Position numbers and translations under genes: made by a program. DNA of 64,000 bases from Eledone cirrhosa (lineage: Eukaryota). Shown here in pieces: positions 61,923 to 64,000 of the stretch; the stretch's first letter is position 1, and each line of letters opens with the position of its first letter. A model generated the notes under the pieces. The model did no database searches. It was not told the DNA's origin and was given only the letters and a program-made list of their open reading frames with translations. The stretch covers positions 41,974,001 through 42,038,000 of the forward strand of contig OZ024747.1 of NCBI GenBank assembly GCA_964016885.1, in the 5' to 3' direction.

Positions 61923-62048
61923 CACACATATATGCATTCAATTATGTGTATATATGTGTCTATGTATATATGTGTTTGTGTGTGTGTATGTGTGTGTACA
62001 TATATATATGTGTGTGTGTGTGCTTATATATGTATATGTGTGTGTGTG

Positions 62049-62110
<62 letters not shown>

Positions 62111-62231
62111 ATCAGCCAAATTCTTGTCAACCTTCTCTCTTTTCTTATTTAGCAATTTTGTACATAACATGACATTTATATATGTATATAGCATATATAT
62201 TTATACACACACACAAACATGCATATGTATA

Positions 62232-62286
<55 letters not shown>

Positions 62287-62311
62287 TCACACACATATAT
62301 ATATACACACT

Positions 62312-62370
<59 letters not shown>

Positions 62371-62391
62371 GTATATATATATACACACACT

Positions 62392-62442
<51 letters not shown>

Positions 62443-62540
62443 TCACACACACACATATATATATATATATATGTACACACTCACACACATATATATATAT
62501 ATGTATATATATATACACACTCACACATATATATATATAT
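61220..62540. repeat. (TA)n/(CA)n/(TG)n microsatellite blocks downstream of the stop codon
   Basis: Dinucleotide runs. Confidence 0.95.
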
Positions 62541-62742
62541 TTAAAACATACAAACAAAACAGCAGAACAAAAACAAAAAGAACTGAAATAAATTTTTAAG
62601 AAATACAGAAAATAAAGAAATCGTTAAAAAAGACATAATTCTGTCCCTGCTAATTTTGACCACTGGGAAGATGTCGATACTAGTTTTCATTAGCTTTCAG
62701 CCTTTTTATTATTACTATTATTATTATTATTATTATTATTAT

Positions 62743-62960
62743 GGCAGTGGATTGGCAGAATCTGTAGAGCATCGGAGACTATGCTTTGTGGCTTACTTAA
62801 GTCCCTTTATGATCTGAGTTCAAATCCTGCCGAGGTTAACTTTGCTTTTCATCCTTACGGGGTCGATAAAATAAAGCACCAGTAATGCACTGGGGTCGAT
62901 TTAATCGACTTTCCCTTCCCCAAAAATTGCTGGCCTTGTGCCTATAGTAGAAACAATTAT
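62743..62960 (+). mobile_element. SINE family A, full-length copy
   Basis: Same A/B boxes and body as 60383-60570. Confidence 0.88.
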
Positions 62961-63334
62961 AATAAACTTTTTTTTTTTTCACTTGAGATATCTAATCAGG
63001 AAATAGTGGTAATTTTTGTACATGTTAAAAGTGAGGGTAAACAAAATATATGAACAACAAAAAATAAGCTCTAAATTCAATTAAATTTTGTTTAGCATGT
63101 GGTGTGTGTGTTTCTGTGTGTGAGACAGACTATAGTTTATATATAAGTATATGTGTATGTATGTGTGTGCATATATATATATGCATACACATACACACAA
63201 TAGTTACTTAAATGGTTTATATGTTGATATCATATACACGTGTGTGTATATGTAGTTAACACATGTTTATTATAGTGTATTGCATATATCCGTCAAAAAT
63301 GGTTTAAATGTGTGTATTTTATGTACAAATAGTT

Positions 63335-63369
<35 letters not shown>

Positions 63370-63745
63370 TGTAAATTTGATCTAAACTTTAAAAAAGTTG
63401 TTTTTTTTTAAAATTAAATTAACAAAGAAATCTTCATTAGTAATTCAAATTAAGTCTACAAAAAATATTATACTGACTTATAATTATTTTATTAAAACCA
63501 ATGGAATATTTTTATCACTTTAACACCCCCTACCTCCCCAGCTACCCATGCTAACTGTGTATGTAGAGAGAACAGATAATGCAACCCAACTGATTGAAGA
63601 GATATGTTTCCTGGTATTAGTTAATTTCTATAATAAATTTGAACTGAAGTTTTGTCTGGTTAAAGAACAGCAACAAAACTATTTCATCTTACAACATTCT
63701 CACCCTATCTCACTAGCAATGACTCTCTTTCTTCTTATAACGCTT

Positions 63746-64000
63746 TCACCCTATCCCACAAACAAGGACTCTCATCTAACAACACTGTCACCTTATCCCA
63801 CAAACAATTAGTGTCTTTCATCTAACGATACTATCAGCTTATCCCACCAGCAGCAATTCTTTCATCTAACAACACTGTCACCCTATCCTACTAGCAATAA
63901 CACTCATCTTACAATACTGTCACCCTATCCCACAAGCAATGACACTCATCTAACAATACTATGCCACTATCAACAACTCTTTCATCTAACAATACTATCA
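63746..64000. repeat. ~42-46 bp minisatellite running off the window end
   Basis: Repeated TCACCCTATCCCACAAACAA...TCATCTAACAACACTG. Confidence 0.85.

Noticed and set aside
61323-62599. Many YIYI/HTHT ORFs
   Set aside because: Translations of (TA)n/(CA)n microsatellites.
62580-62970. TSC2 polyadenylation signal
   Set aside because: Several AATAAA hexamers occur in AT-rich or SINE sequence; none can be singled out without transcript data.

Overview
AT-rich, microsatellite-rich metazoan genomic DNA. The repeat landscape suggests an octopod cephalopod, but that is inference. Almost the whole window is one + strand spliced gene, TSC2 (tuberin). I reconstructed 34 phase-consistent GT-AG exons from 4548 to the stop at 60979, plus a candidate 27-nt microexon inside the Rap/Rheb-GAP domain; together they give about 1747 aa, and the first ~110 aa lie upstream of the window. 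The introns hold CR1-type and RTE-type LINE fragments, a CRE-type endonuclease relic, two tRNA-derived SINE families, an internally deleted piggyBac with its MITEs, and hAT and pogo-like MITEs. The most unusual signal is a set of intronic fold-back palindromes (20.7-21.05 kb, 39.9-40.1 kb, 50.7-51.0 kb), each carrying a minimal type I hammerhead-ribozyme motif of the Penelope-like-element kind, with a fourth decayed motif at 31.9 kb. A near-identical inverted RTE pair also brackets a frame-preserving 10-exon block. All comparisons with human TSC2 are from memory and were not computed.
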